This document shows, in pieces, positions 45,569-54,373 of a DNA stretch of 64,000 nucleotides (positions are counted from its first letter, which is position 1; every line of letters starts with the position of its first letter). The position numbers and the translations under genes were made by a program. The stretch covers positions 713 to 64,712 of the forward strand of contig CAJXGD010000006.1 in NCBI GenBank assembly GCA_913053845.1. Direction: 5' to 3'. This DNA is from an uncultured bacterium. Its GTDB lineage: Bacteria; Bipolaricaulota; Bipolaricaulia; RBG-16-55-9; DRJF01. Under the pieces are notes generated by a model. It saw nothing but the letters and a program-made list of their open reading frames with translations, was not told where the DNA came from and did no database searches.

Positions 45569-47197
45569 CTATCGCAGCACGACCAGCTTCTTGACCTCAC
45601 TGGTGATCATTTGTCCGTCCGCGCTCTTGACAGTCACGATGTAGAGATAGACACCATTGGCCAGCGGTCGTCCCTCGCGACTCAAAGCCATCAGGCGCAG
45701 CCGGTTCCCTGTCCCTTGGGCCTGCACGATCAACCGGCCGGCCAGAGTGTAGAGACGCAGCTCGGTGCTCTCGATGGCGCTGCCAGCCACTTGCAAGCGG
45801 ATGCTGGAACCCTGAGCGCTCAAGCGCACGCTTTGCAATTGCAAGGGTGCGGCGCCGGCTGAGGGAGGCCTGGGGAACCCTCCAAATGCAGGGGGCATGC
45901 CGTTACTCCTCTCCTGAACCACCGCCGACTGGCTGCTCACGGTACAACCGCCGCCCACTTTCGCCCAATAACCCTTGAAGCCCTCCATCGGCGTGGCAGG
46001 AGGCACCTGCTGATACCGCGTGCCATCGTACCACCAGGGGCCGGAGAGCAAGGTGCAGCCTCCAGTGTTCATCTGGTTCCAGCTCCCGGATGAAGATATC
46101 AGGTTCCAGCCGCTCACCAAGCTCAGGCTCTGCGGAGATGAGCTGCCGCCCGCCTGCATGGTGCAAGGGCTACCCACTTTGACCCAGTAGCCTTTGGCCG
46201 GCTCCAATACAGAAGCCAACTGATAGGCGGTACCATTCCACTCCCAGGGGCCGCCGCTGAAGGAGCAGTTGCCCTGCAGTGAAGAGATAGGTGAGGAGCT
46301 GACCGGGGTGGAGATCATGTTCCAACCGGCGTGCAAGCTCAGTGAGAGTCCACCTGCGCCCGGCGGAGGTGGCGGAGCCCCGCCACCCGATCCACCACCA
46401 GGCGCGGTTCCACCGATGATGTGCAGCGTGATATTACTCCCTTGCGGATTGGCCGAGGCGCCGAAGCTGTCGCTCACCCGCGCCCCGCCTACCGGTCCGC
46501 CTCCGGCCAGCGCTCCGGGGATGTCGCCGGCCACCGCTTCCAGTTGTAGGGCAAAGTCCGAGCCGCTCACCGGGTTGGGTCCAATCTTGACCACGGCCAA
46601 CAGCGAGACGGCACAGAAGTTAGCCCCTGCCACCCCCACCGTCCTGCACAATGTTCCTCCTCCCACCGAAGTGAGCGTAAAGACTGGACTGGCCCCACCG
46701 TTGGAGAAGAGCGCCTTGCCGGCGTCCAAATCGGCACCGGTGTAGGTTCTGCCCACCGGCAGGTCAATGCCGGGGTCGAAGCGTCCGTTGAAGTTGCTGT
46801 CCTGATAGATGGTCATCTCTTGGATATCGGCATCGCGGGCGTTGGTAATGGTCGTGGTGATCAGCGCGCCCATCACGTTGAGCGGCCACATACTCCCTGG
46901 GGTACAGTTGCCTGATGCCACGACGCCGGTGTGGGCCACGTAGTCATTGGCCAGCACCCAGGCGCCGGCCACCGCCGTGCTATTGGGACTGACGGTGAGC
47001 GAAGAGGGTATGCCGGTGGTGGTGAACTGATCGGTGGCCAGCACTGCGCCGGTGGGACAGCCGCTGGCGGGGACGAGCCCCGGCAAGCTGAGGTAGGCCG
47101 AGCCGTTCACCCCCAACAGGAAGGTCGCCAGCAGTCCAACCAGCAAAGCAGCCATCGGCCATCTCAGTCGGGAACGGTCTATCATCTTGAGCCTCAT
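45569..47197 (-). CDS. secreted repeat protein, paralog 3 (distinct N-terminal domain, 2 Trp/Cys-rich modules, T9SS-type CTD-like tail)
   Basis: Start set at MRLKMIDRSRLRWPMAALLVGLL (signal peptide; the ORF track extends to 47290); different N-terminal domain but the same module pair and CTD ..GVYLYIVTVKSADGQMITSEVKKLVVLR. Confidence 0.6.
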   Translation of the reverse strand: MRLKMIDRSRLRWPMAALLVGLLATFLLGVNGSAYLSLPGLVPASGCPTGAVLATDQFTTTGIPSSLTVSPNSTAVAGAWVLANDYVAHTGVVASGNCTPGSMWPLNVMGALITTTITNARDADIQEMTIYQDSNFNGRFDPGIDLPVGRTYTGADLDAGKALFSNGGASPVFTLTSVGGGTLCRTVGVAGANFCAVSLLAVVKIGPNPVSGSDFALQLEAVAGDIPGALAGGGPVGGARVSDSFGASANPQGSNITLHIIGGTAPGGGSGGGAPPPPPGAGGLSLSLHAGWNMISTPVSSSPISSLQGNCSFSGGPWEWNGTAYQLASVLEPAKGYWVKVGSPCTMQAGGSSSPQSLSLVSGWNLISSSGSWNQMNTGGCTLLSGPWWYDGTRYQQVPPATPMEGFKGYWAKVGGGCTVSSQSAVVQERSNGMPPAFGGFPRPPSAGAAPLQLQSVRLSAQGSSIRLQVAGSAIESTELRLYTLAGRLIVQAQGTGNRLRLMALSREGRPLANGVYLYIVTVKSADGQMITSEVKKLVVLR

Positions 47198-47319
47198 ATC
47201 TGCCTCCTTTGCGTAGAGTTGATGATCACGAGATTCGGCATGGAGCATTCTAGCAGAGAGATGGGGAGAGGACCAAATAGCTAAAATCAAGAGCAGAGGC
47301 TACCTATGCGGTGCCCCGC

Positions 47320-47349
47320 TTGACCCTGCTCCGGGATTTCCACTATACT
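47320..47349 (+). promoter_or_regulatory. candidate sigma70-like promoter (TTGACC-18-TATACT) for the tRNA-binding protein gene
   Basis: -35 at 47320-47325, -10 at 47344-47349. Confidence 0.3.
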
Positions 47350-47421
47350 GCGCTTGTCCCGCCGCCGCCCGGCGGCGCGCGAAGGAGGTCCGGTCAAAGT
47401 CAAATACCTTGGCAATTCCTC

Positions 47422-47769
47422 ATGGATGAACCAGAGACAGCGCCGCAGATAAGCTACGCAGAGTTCGCTAGGCTGGATATTCGCATGGGCCAGATACTCG
47501 CTGCCGAGCAGGTCCCCAACACCGACCGACTCCTGAGGCTGGAGGTCAAGATCGGCGACCAAACCCGCCAACTGGTCGCGGGGATCGCCGCGGCATACCG
47601 ACCGGAAGAGGTGATCGGCCAGACTATACCGATATTGGCAAATTTAGCACCCCGGGTGATCCGGGGCATAGAGAGCCAGGGGATGATCCTCTGCCCCCGC
47701 GACGAGAACGATCTGCCGGTGCTGCTCATCCCCGAGCGCCCGGTGCCTGCCGGCGCGGCGGTCAAATAG
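47422..47769 (+). CDS. tRNA-binding domain protein (CsaA / MetG-C-terminal / EMAP-like)
   Basis: 115 aa from MDEPE; F..LDIRVG.I-like block FARLDIRMGQILAAE and ..KIGDQTRQLVAGIA.. typical of the tRNA_bind OB fold. Confidence 0.6.
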   Translation: MDEPETAPQISYAEFARLDIRMGQILAAEQVPNTDRLLRLEVKIGDQTRQLVAGIAAAYRPEEVIGQTIPILANLAPRVIRGIESQGMILCPRDENDLPVLLIPERPVPAGAAVK

Positions 47770-47795
47770 CAGCCTTCGTCCCCTAGCCCCCGCCT

Positions 47796-48710
47796 ATGAA
47801 GCGCCGAGATCTTTTCCGCCTAGCTGCCGGATCGTTGCTGCTCTGGCCCGCTTGGCTCCTGTCTGGCTGCTCAGACCAACGGAGCCGGCTGGAGTTGCTC
47901 TATGCCGCCAGTCTGATCCGCCTGATCGAGCAGGAGTTGGGTCCGGCTTTCGCGCGTCAGACCGGGATAAAGCTTGAGGGCGAGGCGCGCGGCTCGCTGG
48001 CCGCTGCCCGGTTGGTTCAAGACGGCTCCCGCCGCCCTGACCTGCTGATCGTGGCCGATCCCCGGGTGCTGCAGACGGTCTTGACTGCCGCCCAGGTCCC
48101 GCGGTACGCTCTCTTCGCCGCCAACTCCATGGTCATCACCTATCGGCCGGGCTCGGCCTATGCACTGGCCATAAAAGCGGGACGCAGTTGGTATCAGGCC
48201 CTCCAAGCGCCAGGGCTGAGGCTGGGGCGCTCCGACCCGGAGCTGGATCCTTTGGGCTATCGAGCGCTGCTGGTGCTGCAGTTGGCCCAGCGCTACTATC
48301 GGCAGCCGGGGCTGCTGCGCAAGATTATCAAGCCGGATCAGCTCTATCCGGAAGCACAGTTGATGGCCCAACTGGAGAGCGGCCAACTGGATGCGGCTTT
48401 TGTCTATCGCAACATGAGCAGCGATCATCACCTGCCCTTCAGCGCCTTGCCCCCGGAGATAGATCTCTCCGACCCGGCCCGGCAGGCCGAATATCGCCAG
48501 GCAGCTTATACCGACCGGCAGGGCGTGATCCATCGCGGCGCGCCGATCATCTATGCCGCCGCGCCACTGGCCAAAGCACCCCACCCGCAGGCCGCCAGGC
48601 GCTTCACCGACTTCTTGGGCTCGGAGCCGGCGCAAAAGATCATGACCCAGAATGGCTTTCTCGTCTGGCCGGACTTCCCACTTTGGCGGAGCTGGGGCGA
48701 GTTCTCCTGA
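47796..48710 (+). CDS. molybdate/tungstate ABC transporter substrate-binding lipoprotein (ModA/WtpA-like)
   Basis: 304 aa; lipobox LLSGCS; type-1 periplasmic binding-protein fold; followed by a matching permease and ATPase. Confidence 0.65.
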   Translation: MKRRDLFRLAAGSLLLWPAWLLSGCSDQRSRLELLYAASLIRLIEQELGPAFARQTGIKLEGEARGSLAAARLVQDGSRRPDLLIVADPRVLQTVLTAAQVPRYALFAANSMVITYRPGSAYALAIKAGRSWYQALQAPGLRLGRSDPELDPLGYRALLVLQLAQRYYRQPGLLRKIIKPDQLYPEAQLMAQLESGQLDAAFVYRNMSSDHHLPFSALPPEIDLSDPARQAEYRQAAYTDRQGVIHRGAPIIYAAAPLAKAPHPQAARRFTDFLGSEPAQKIMTQNGFLVWPDFPLWRSWGEFS

Positions 48711-49501
48711 TGAGAGTCTTTTTCCACGAGCGCTGGCCCGCTCTGGCCCTGGGTGCATTGCTCCTGGGCTACTATCTCTACCCCTTGGCGGCCATGCTGG
48801 CTGCCACCTCTCCTGCAGAAATTCTAGCCGCGCTGGGCGATCCCCAGACCCTGAGCGCCCTGTGGGTCTCTTTGGCCACGGCCACGGTGACCACGCTTTT
48901 GGCTCTGCTCTTGGGTGTGCCGCTCGCCTGGTGGCTGGCGCGGGCGCCGCTGCCGGGCAGGCGCCTGCTGGAGGCGCTGATCCTCCTGCCGCTGGTCTTG
49001 CCGCCCACCGTGGGAGGTGTAGCCCTCTTGCAGGTCTTCGGGGCTAGCAGCAGCTTGGGTCGGGCCGGGGCCTCGTTGGGCCTGCCGCTGACCCGCTCCT
49101 ATCTGGCAATAGTGCTGGCGCAGCTCTTCGTCGCCTCGCCCCTGCTGATCATCACCGCTCAGGCAGCTTTTTCCCAAGTAGATCGCCGCTTGGAGCAGGC
49201 CTCGCGCACGCTGGGAGTGGGCCCCTGGCAGACCTTTTTTCGGGTGACGCTGCCGCTGGCGCGCGCAGGGATACTGGCCGGCGCGCTGCTCACCTGGGCA
49301 CGGGCGCTGGGCGAGTTCGGCGCGACCCTGATGATGGCCTACAACCCACGCACCATGCCGGTCCAGACCTGGGTGGATTACTTGAGCCGGGGCCTGAGCA
49401 GCGCTCTGCCCCTGGCAGTGATCATTCTGGCCATCGCCCTGATCGCCGTCCTGAGCCTGCGTGCGCTGGCCGGCAAGGAAGCGCGTCAACATGAGCGCTG
49501 A
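48710..49501 (+). CDS. molybdate/tungstate ABC transporter permease
   Basis: ATG overlaps the SBP stop; EAA-loop region ..ASRTLGVGPWQTFFRVTLPLARAG.. typical of ModB/CysTW-type permeases. The 48188 start in the ORF track is an out-of-frame overlap with the SBP gene. Confidence 0.75.
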   Translation: MRVFFHERWPALALGALLLGYYLYPLAAMLAATSPAEILAALGDPQTLSALWVSLATATVTTLLALLLGVPLAWWLARAPLPGRRLLEALILLPLVLPPTVGGVALLQVFGASSSLGRAGASLGLPLTRSYLAIVLAQLFVASPLLIITAQAAFSQVDRRLEQASRTLGVGPWQTFFRVTLPLARAGILAGALLTWARALGEFGATLMMAYNPRTMPVQTWVDYLSRGLSSALPLAVIILAIALIAVLSLRALAGKEARQHER

Positions 49502-50534
49502 GCTGGAAATCTGCAGCTTGACCAAGCGCTTCCCCAGCTTTGTCCTCGGTCCGCTTGACCTGAGCCTGGGAGCTGGGATCAGCGTCCTGTTGGGACCTTC
49601 AGGCGCGGGGAAGAGCACGCTGATTCAACTGATCGCCGGTCTGCTCGCGTCTGACGCCGGGCAAATCAGCTTGGGAGGACGGGCAATCGAGAAACTACCA
49701 CCGGAGCGGCGGCAGGTGGGGTTGGTTTTTCAGGATGGGGCGCTCTTTCCCCATCTGTCGGTGCGGGATAATATCGCGTATGGTGCGCGCACCCCATACG
49801 CTCCTATCGTCGAGCTCCTGGATATCGAGCAGCTATTGGCGCGACGGGTGCAGGGGCTGAGCGGCGGCGAGCGCCGTTTGGTGGCTCTGGCCCGCGCGCT
49901 GGTCACCCAGCCGCAGGTATTGCTGCTCGATGAGCCCTTCTCCAGCTTGGACACGCCGGCCAAGCGACGGCTGGCCGGCCGGCTGCGCCGCACGCTCGTC
50001 GCCCTCGACATCCCGATCATCTACGTCACGCACGACCACGAGGAGGCGCGCCGCATGGCCGACCGGCTGATCATCCTGCGTCAGGGCCAGGTGGTACAAT
50101 CTGGCGCCTTCCCAGAGGTTTTCGCCCATCCGGCCACCGCGTTTGTCGCCGAGTTCGTGGGCATCGAGAATGTGCTGAGTGGCCGGGTGCGCTTCGTCGA
50201 GGCCGGGCTGTTGCATGTCGAAGTAGGTCAGGTGTTGGTGCAGATCGCCGGCGAGGCTCGACCGGGCCAAGGGGTGGCGCTGGTGCTTCATCCGGAAGAG
50301 GTAACTTTGCACTTGGAGAGAGGTGCGCCTTCCAGCGCGCGTAACCTGCTGGCCGGGGTGATCCGCGAGCTGCTCCCTTCAGGCCGCTCCACCTGGCTGG
50401 TCCAACTGGACTGCGGCTTCGAGCTGGCGGCTCAGGTGACCGAGCGCTCGCGCCAGGAGCTCAACTTGACGGTCGGCAAGCGCGTCTATGCGGCCTTCAA
50501 GGCCACCGCGCCGCTGGTGGTGCCGCGCGACTGA
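49491..50534 (+). CDS. molybdate/tungstate ABC transporter ATP-binding protein with C-terminal TOBE/Mop domain
   Basis: Walker A GPSGAGKST, signature LSGGERR, Walker B LLLDEPFS; C-terminal ~120 aa regulatory TOBE-like domain. Confidence 0.8.
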   Translation: MSAELEICSLTKRFPSFVLGPLDLSLGAGISVLLGPSGAGKSTLIQLIAGLLASDAGQISLGGRAIEKLPPERRQVGLVFQDGALFPHLSVRDNIAYGARTPYAPIVELLDIEQLLARRVQGLSGGERRLVALARALVTQPQVLLLDEPFSSLDTPAKRRLAGRLRRTLVALDIPIIYVTHDHEEARRMADRLIILRQGQVVQSGAFPEVFAHPATAFVAEFVGIENVLSGRVRFVEAGLLHVEVGQVLVQIAGEARPGQGVALVLHPEEVTLHLERGAPSSARNLLAGVIRELLPSGRSTWLVQLDCGFELAAQVTERSRQELNLTVGKRVYAAFKATAPLVVPRD

Positions 50535-50536
50535 GA

Positions 50537-51148
50537 CTAGATCAGCTCCAACTCTTTGAGCACCTGGAGCAGCGGGGGCAAGGGCTGCTGCCACAGCCAG
50601 TCCAAGCACAGCTCCAGTCCGGTCAGCACCGACGAGCTATACCGGCCTTGCTCCGTCTTCCGGCGATCATAGCGCCCATCGTCCCCCAAAAGATAGAAGT
50701 CGGCACGGTGCTCTTCAGGATCGAGCAGCCAATATTCGCGCACCCCTCCCGCCTCATACTCGGCGAACTTGGCCCCGCGGTCGCGCAGGCGGCTTTCAGG
50801 AGAGACGATCTCGACCGCCAGATCCGCCGGACCCTCCAGATAAGTGGGCTGGAGCCGCTCCAGGTGCTCTTGAGCAATAAAGAGCAGATCGGGCTCGCGG
50901 CCGCGTCGCTGCTCACCCAGGTGCATCTGGAAGGGCGCTGAACGCACCGCCCCCAACTGTCGTATCTCGGCGTAGAGCCGCAGTATAACGGCCAGAAAAC
51001 CGGACAGATCTTGATGCCGATCGGATGCCGGCGTCAATACGACCACCTCCCCATCTACCCATTCGGCCCAGCTGTCCTCGCTGCAGCGCTCGAGAAACTG
51101 GGCGTAGCTCAGTTGTGTTTGTGTTCTAATCTGGGTACTTTGCGTCAT
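50537..51148 (-). CDS. Uma2 (DUF820) family putative endonuclease
   Basis: 203 aa; Uma2-typical blocks (..PDLLFIAQEHLERL.., ADLAVEIVSPES.., KFAEYEAGGVREYWLLDP..). Confidence 0.7.
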   Translation of the reverse strand: MTQSTQIRTQTQLSYAQFLERCSEDSWAEWVDGEVVVLTPASDRHQDLSGFLAVILRLYAEIRQLGAVRSAPFQMHLGEQRRGREPDLLFIAQEHLERLQPTYLEGPADLAVEIVSPESRLRDRGAKFAEYEAGGVREYWLLDPEEHRADFYLLGDDGRYDRRKTEQGRYSSSVLTGLELCLDWLWQQPLPPLLQVLKELELI

Positions 51149-51166
51149 ATATGCTCACCTCCTAAC

Positions 51167-53029
51167 TCAAGCTGGCCGGCGACGGACCCACTCGAAAGCC
51201 GTCCAGCCGACCAGGAGGAGCAGCACCACCAGCAGAACGGTCAGCGAGTCGCGGCTGCCCAGTGGCTGCCCTGCCTCGGAGCTCTGGCCGGTACTCTGGA
51301 GCGTTTTGACCTGCTGGCTGAGCGCAGTTAATTGGGTCTTGGAGCGCTTTTGCTCCTGAGTCAGTTGGCCGGAGAGTGCCTGCACTTGCCGTTGCAGCGC
51401 GGCCAGTTGGCCAGAGAGCACCTCCACTTGCCGTTGCAGCGGTTGCAGCGCGGCCAGTTGACTAGAGAGCGCCTGCTGGGTTTGCAGTTGCTCTTGCAAG
51501 CTCTCTTCGAGCTGTGTCAGCCGCTCCGGCAGCTTTTGCTCAGCCAGACCCTGTAAGGCGGCCAACTGTCGGCGCATGACCTGCAGTGCGATGCTGTCGC
51601 TTTGGGGAAAGCCCCAACTAGGCCTGGAAAACTCCTGGCCCTGCCAGCGGCCGATCCAGTTCAGCCGGGCGGCCAGATAGAGCGCGCCGCCGCTGACAAA
51701 GCGCCGGTTGACCGGTTGCCAACGGCCGCTTGTGGGGTCAAACCGCACCGAGGCCGTGAAGACCGGCGCGCGACCGAACTTGCTGACGATGGCCCCCGAG
51801 GGGCTCTGAGGACGGGCGGCCTGCAGGGCGCCGTTGAAGAATTTGGCATACTGGCTCTGAACCTTGGCTCTGTCCTGCTTATTCAGTTCTGCCAGATGGA
51901 TGATCGCGTTGAAGGCGCCGACCGCATCGCCCAGCTCTTGGACCGAATAGAGATAAACGGGTGCATCGCCCGCGCGGGAGGCGAATAGCTCAGCTTGGGG
52001 GTCCCAGAGCTTTTGCAGCCCCTTCCACTGCCGCAGCGCCTCCAGGAGCACCGTCCGCTCACCGCTAAGCCGATAAACGCTGAGCAGCGCGGTCACCGCC
52101 TCGGCCTGCGCTGACCAGTCGCCCTGAGCCGAGCTGAGCCGGGGCAGCATCTCGCGGATGAGCTGCAATACCGGCCTGATCTCCTGGGGGCTGCTCAGCG
52201 TGGCGGCATAGGAGACCAGCGCCTCGACCCCCAGGCCGGCCTCGCGGGGGCTTAGCTCAGAGGCCCGGCGCAGCAGCCCCTGGCCGCCGCTCAGAGCGCT
52301 AAAGAGCTGCCGGGCCATTTGCCGGGCTTGCTCAGGCGAGACCAGGATGTTCCCACCCGGCGGGCTGGCGGTGGCCAGCTTGGACCAGGCCCAGAGCAGG
52401 GTGATCTGATCCAGCGGCAGAAAAGCACGATCCACGATGGCCCCGCCGCGCCAGCCGTGAAAATACAGGCCAGTCTGGGGATCGCGCAGGTTGGTCTGAG
52501 CGAAGAGCGTCCCCAGTAGGGCCAGCCGCCCCAAGAGCCGGCCCTCCCAGCTTTGTACTGCCCGGCGCTGGACGTCCGGTGCGGGCTCTCGCTCGAAACG
52601 CTTGACCCAAGCCAGCTCGTTGATGATGGCCCAGGCCAGCGCTTGCGGGCTGACCGTGCGGTCCATCTTCGCCGGGTCCCAATGTAGGGTCTGGGCATTG
52701 ACTGGCTCAGGCTGTTGAACGTAAGCGGGATCCCCCGAAGCGTAAGGTGCCTGCACCAGAAAGGCGTTGCGCCACGGTGGTCTGTTCAAGCCGGCCTGGC
52801 GCAGCAGCGCGGCAGCCGCCGGGGCGGGCAGGCGAAAAGCCACGCCCATACCGGACTGCAGCGTCAAGGCCAGGAGGTTATCCAGTGCCGCTTGGGCCGA
52901 ATCCTCTTGAGCGCTCTGCCAGGAGCTCTGCTGCGACTCTAGGGAGAGCGCCGGCAGGGCCGATGAGCTTAACAGTGCTATCAGCACCGTCACCATCACC
53001 AATGAGCGCACGGCTATCTTGGCTCGCAC
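51167..53029 (-). CDS. membrane-anchored protein with large N-terminal domain, coiled-coil heptad repeats and C-terminal TM anchor (hypothetical)
   Basis: 620 aa; signal-like N-terminus; ~100 aa of LAALQ..LSGQLAALQRQVQALSGQL repeats; C-terminal LTVLLVVLLLLVGWTAFEWVRRRPA. Confidence 0.5.
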   Translation of the reverse strand: MRAKIAVRSLVMVTVLIALLSSSALPALSLESQQSSWQSAQEDSAQAALDNLLALTLQSGMGVAFRLPAPAAAALLRQAGLNRPPWRNAFLVQAPYASGDPAYVQQPEPVNAQTLHWDPAKMDRTVSPQALAWAIINELAWVKRFEREPAPDVQRRAVQSWEGRLLGRLALLGTLFAQTNLRDPQTGLYFHGWRGGAIVDRAFLPLDQITLLWAWSKLATASPPGGNILVSPEQARQMARQLFSALSGGQGLLRRASELSPREAGLGVEALVSYAATLSSPQEIRPVLQLIREMLPRLSSAQGDWSAQAEAVTALLSVYRLSGERTVLLEALRQWKGLQKLWDPQAELFASRAGDAPVYLYSVQELGDAVGAFNAIIHLAELNKQDRAKVQSQYAKFFNGALQAARPQSPSGAIVSKFGRAPVFTASVRFDPTSGRWQPVNRRFVSGGALYLAARLNWIGRWQGQEFSRPSWGFPQSDSIALQVMRRQLAALQGLAEQKLPERLTQLEESLQEQLQTQQALSSQLAALQPLQRQVEVLSGQLAALQRQVQALSGQLTQEQKRSKTQLTALSQQVKTLQSTGQSSEAGQPLGSRDSLTVLLVVLLLLVGWTAFEWVRRRPA

Positions 53030-53131
53030 AACTGACCAGCCCCCTTAGCTGAATGCTCTTGATCAGAGTAATAACTTAAACTCCCCTTGTCAATCGGGCG
53101 CAGCCCGCCGGCCCCTGCCGGTCCTCTGGGG

Positions 53132-53161
53132 TTGACAGGGGACTCGCCCCTCAGTTATGAT
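53132..53161 (+). promoter_or_regulatory. sigma70-like promoter for tRNA-Lys (TTGACA-18-TATGAT)
   Basis: Perfect -35 at 53132-53137, -10 at 53156-53161, ~10 nt before the tRNA 5' end. Confidence 0.4.
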
Positions 53162-53171
53162 AGGGTCGCTG

Positions 53172-53248
53172 GGGTCGCTAGCTCAATTTGGTAGAGCATC
53201 CGGCTCTTAACCGGAGGGTTGTAGGTTCAAGTCCTACGCGACCCACCA
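53172..53248 (+). tRNA. tRNA-Lys (anticodon CTT), CCA encoded
   Basis: Acceptor GGGTCGC/GCGACCC, D arm GCTC..GAGC, anticodon stem TCCGG/CCGGA loop CTCTTAA (CUU, A37), T arm GTAGGTTCAAGTCCTAC, ACCA end. Confidence 0.85.
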
Positions 53249-53252
53249 CCGC

Positions 53253-53471
53253 TCAGTGACGATAGACGATGCGACCGCGGCTGAGGTCATGAGGCGAGAG
53301 CTCGACGGTGACGCGATCCCCTACCAAAATACGAATGCGATAACGGCGGACCTTCCCTGAAGAATAACACAAGATCTCTGGGCCTTCGTCCAACTGCACC
53401 CGATACATCAGGTGATTCAGCGCGTTGACCACCTTTCCCTGACGGATGACCAGCTCTTCCTGTTTGGGCAC
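53253..53471 (-). CDS. infA: translation initiation factor IF-1
   Basis: 72 aa; S1-like OB fold sequence VIRQGKVVNALNHLMYRVQLDEGPEILCYSSGKVRRYRIRILVGDRVTVELSPHDLSRGRIVYR. Confidence 0.85.
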   Translation of the reverse strand: MPKQEELVIRQGKVVNALNHLMYRVQLDEGPEILCYSSGKVRRYRIRILVGDRVTVELSPHDLSRGRIVYRH

Positions 53472-53578
53472 TATGCTATCACCTCCTCCTCTATTGATAA
53501 ATCGGTTGAAAATAGCTTTATCTCAGCGGGATACTCCCTATGGTAATGATCTGGCAAGGGCGCGTCAAGCAAGCAAGA

Positions 53579-54319
53579 TCACTTCTGCAGTATCTGGGAG
53601 AGAAACAGCTTGGTGCGATCGTGCTGGGGGTCGGTGAAGAAGTGCTCTGGCGTGCCGATCTCCACGATCTGTCCCTCATCGAAGAAGATCATCCGATCGG
53701 CCGCCTGGCGGGCGAAGCCCATCTCATGGGTGACCACCACCATGGTCATGCCGCTCTCGGCCAGCTCGACGATCACATCCAGCACCTCTTTGATCATCTC
53801 CGGATCGAGCGCGCTGGTCGGCTCATCGAAGAGCATGATCTTGGGCTGCATCGCCAGGGCGCGGGCGATGGCCACCCGCTGCTGCTGGCCTCCGGAGAGC
53901 TGGCCGGGGAATTTATCGGCCTGTTCAGGTATGCCCACCCGCTCCAGCAGGGCGCGGGCGATCTTCTCCGCCTTGGACTTCTTCCACTTACGCACCCAGA
54001 TCGGGGCTAAGGTGACATTTTGCAGCACGCTCAGATGGGGGAAGAGATTGAACTGTTGGAAGACCATCCCGATCTCGCGGCGAATGGCTTCGATATTCTT
54101 CAGATCGTGGGAGAGCTCGATGCCATCAACCACTATGCGCCCGCGCTGGTGTTCTTCCAAGCGATTGATCGTACGGATGAAAGTAGATTTGCCGGAGCCT
54201 GAGGGCCCGCAGATGACCACCACTTCGCCGTGCTCAACCGTCATATTGATCCCCCGTAGCGCGTGGAAATCCCCAAACCATTTATGGACATCTTCCGCGA
54301 TGATCATCGGTTCACCCAT
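53579..54319 (-). CDS. amino-acid ABC transporter ATP-binding protein (GlnQ/AapP-like)
   Basis: Walker [11 protein letters not shown]-loop, signature [15 protein letters not shown], Walker [13 protein letters not shown]-loop. Confidence 0.85.
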   Translation of the reverse strand: MGEPMIIAEDVHKWFGDFHALRGINMTVEHGEVVVICGPSGSGKSTFIRTINRLEEHQRGRIVVDGIELSHDLKNIEAIRREIGMVFQQFNLFPHLSVLQNVTLAPIWVRKWKKSKAEKIARALLERVGIPEQADKFPGQLSGGQQQRVAIARALAMQPKIMLFDEPTSALDPEMIKEVLDVIVELAESGMTMVVVTHEMGFARQAADRMIFFDEGQIVEIGTPEHFFTDPQHDRTKLFLSQILQK

Positions 54320-54373
54320 CAGCCTACCTCACTTTCAGTTGCTCCCGATTTTAGCGGCTTATCCGGCAAAGGT

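Noticed and set aside
41359-47290. Diversity-generating retroelement explanation for the near-identical repeats in the paralog genes
   Set aside because: No reverse transcriptase or accessory (Avd-like) gene in or near the locus, and the repeats are in-frame module duplications spread over several genes rather than a single template/variable repeat pair; homologous recombination is the simpler explanation.
48188-49501. 437-aa ORF suggesting a much longer permease overlapping the molybdate/tungstate SBP gene
   Set aside because: The first ~520 nt are an out-of-frame overlap with the SBP coding sequence (Ala/Gly/Pro-rich nonsense); the permease homology starts at the ATG at 48710 that overlaps the SBP stop.
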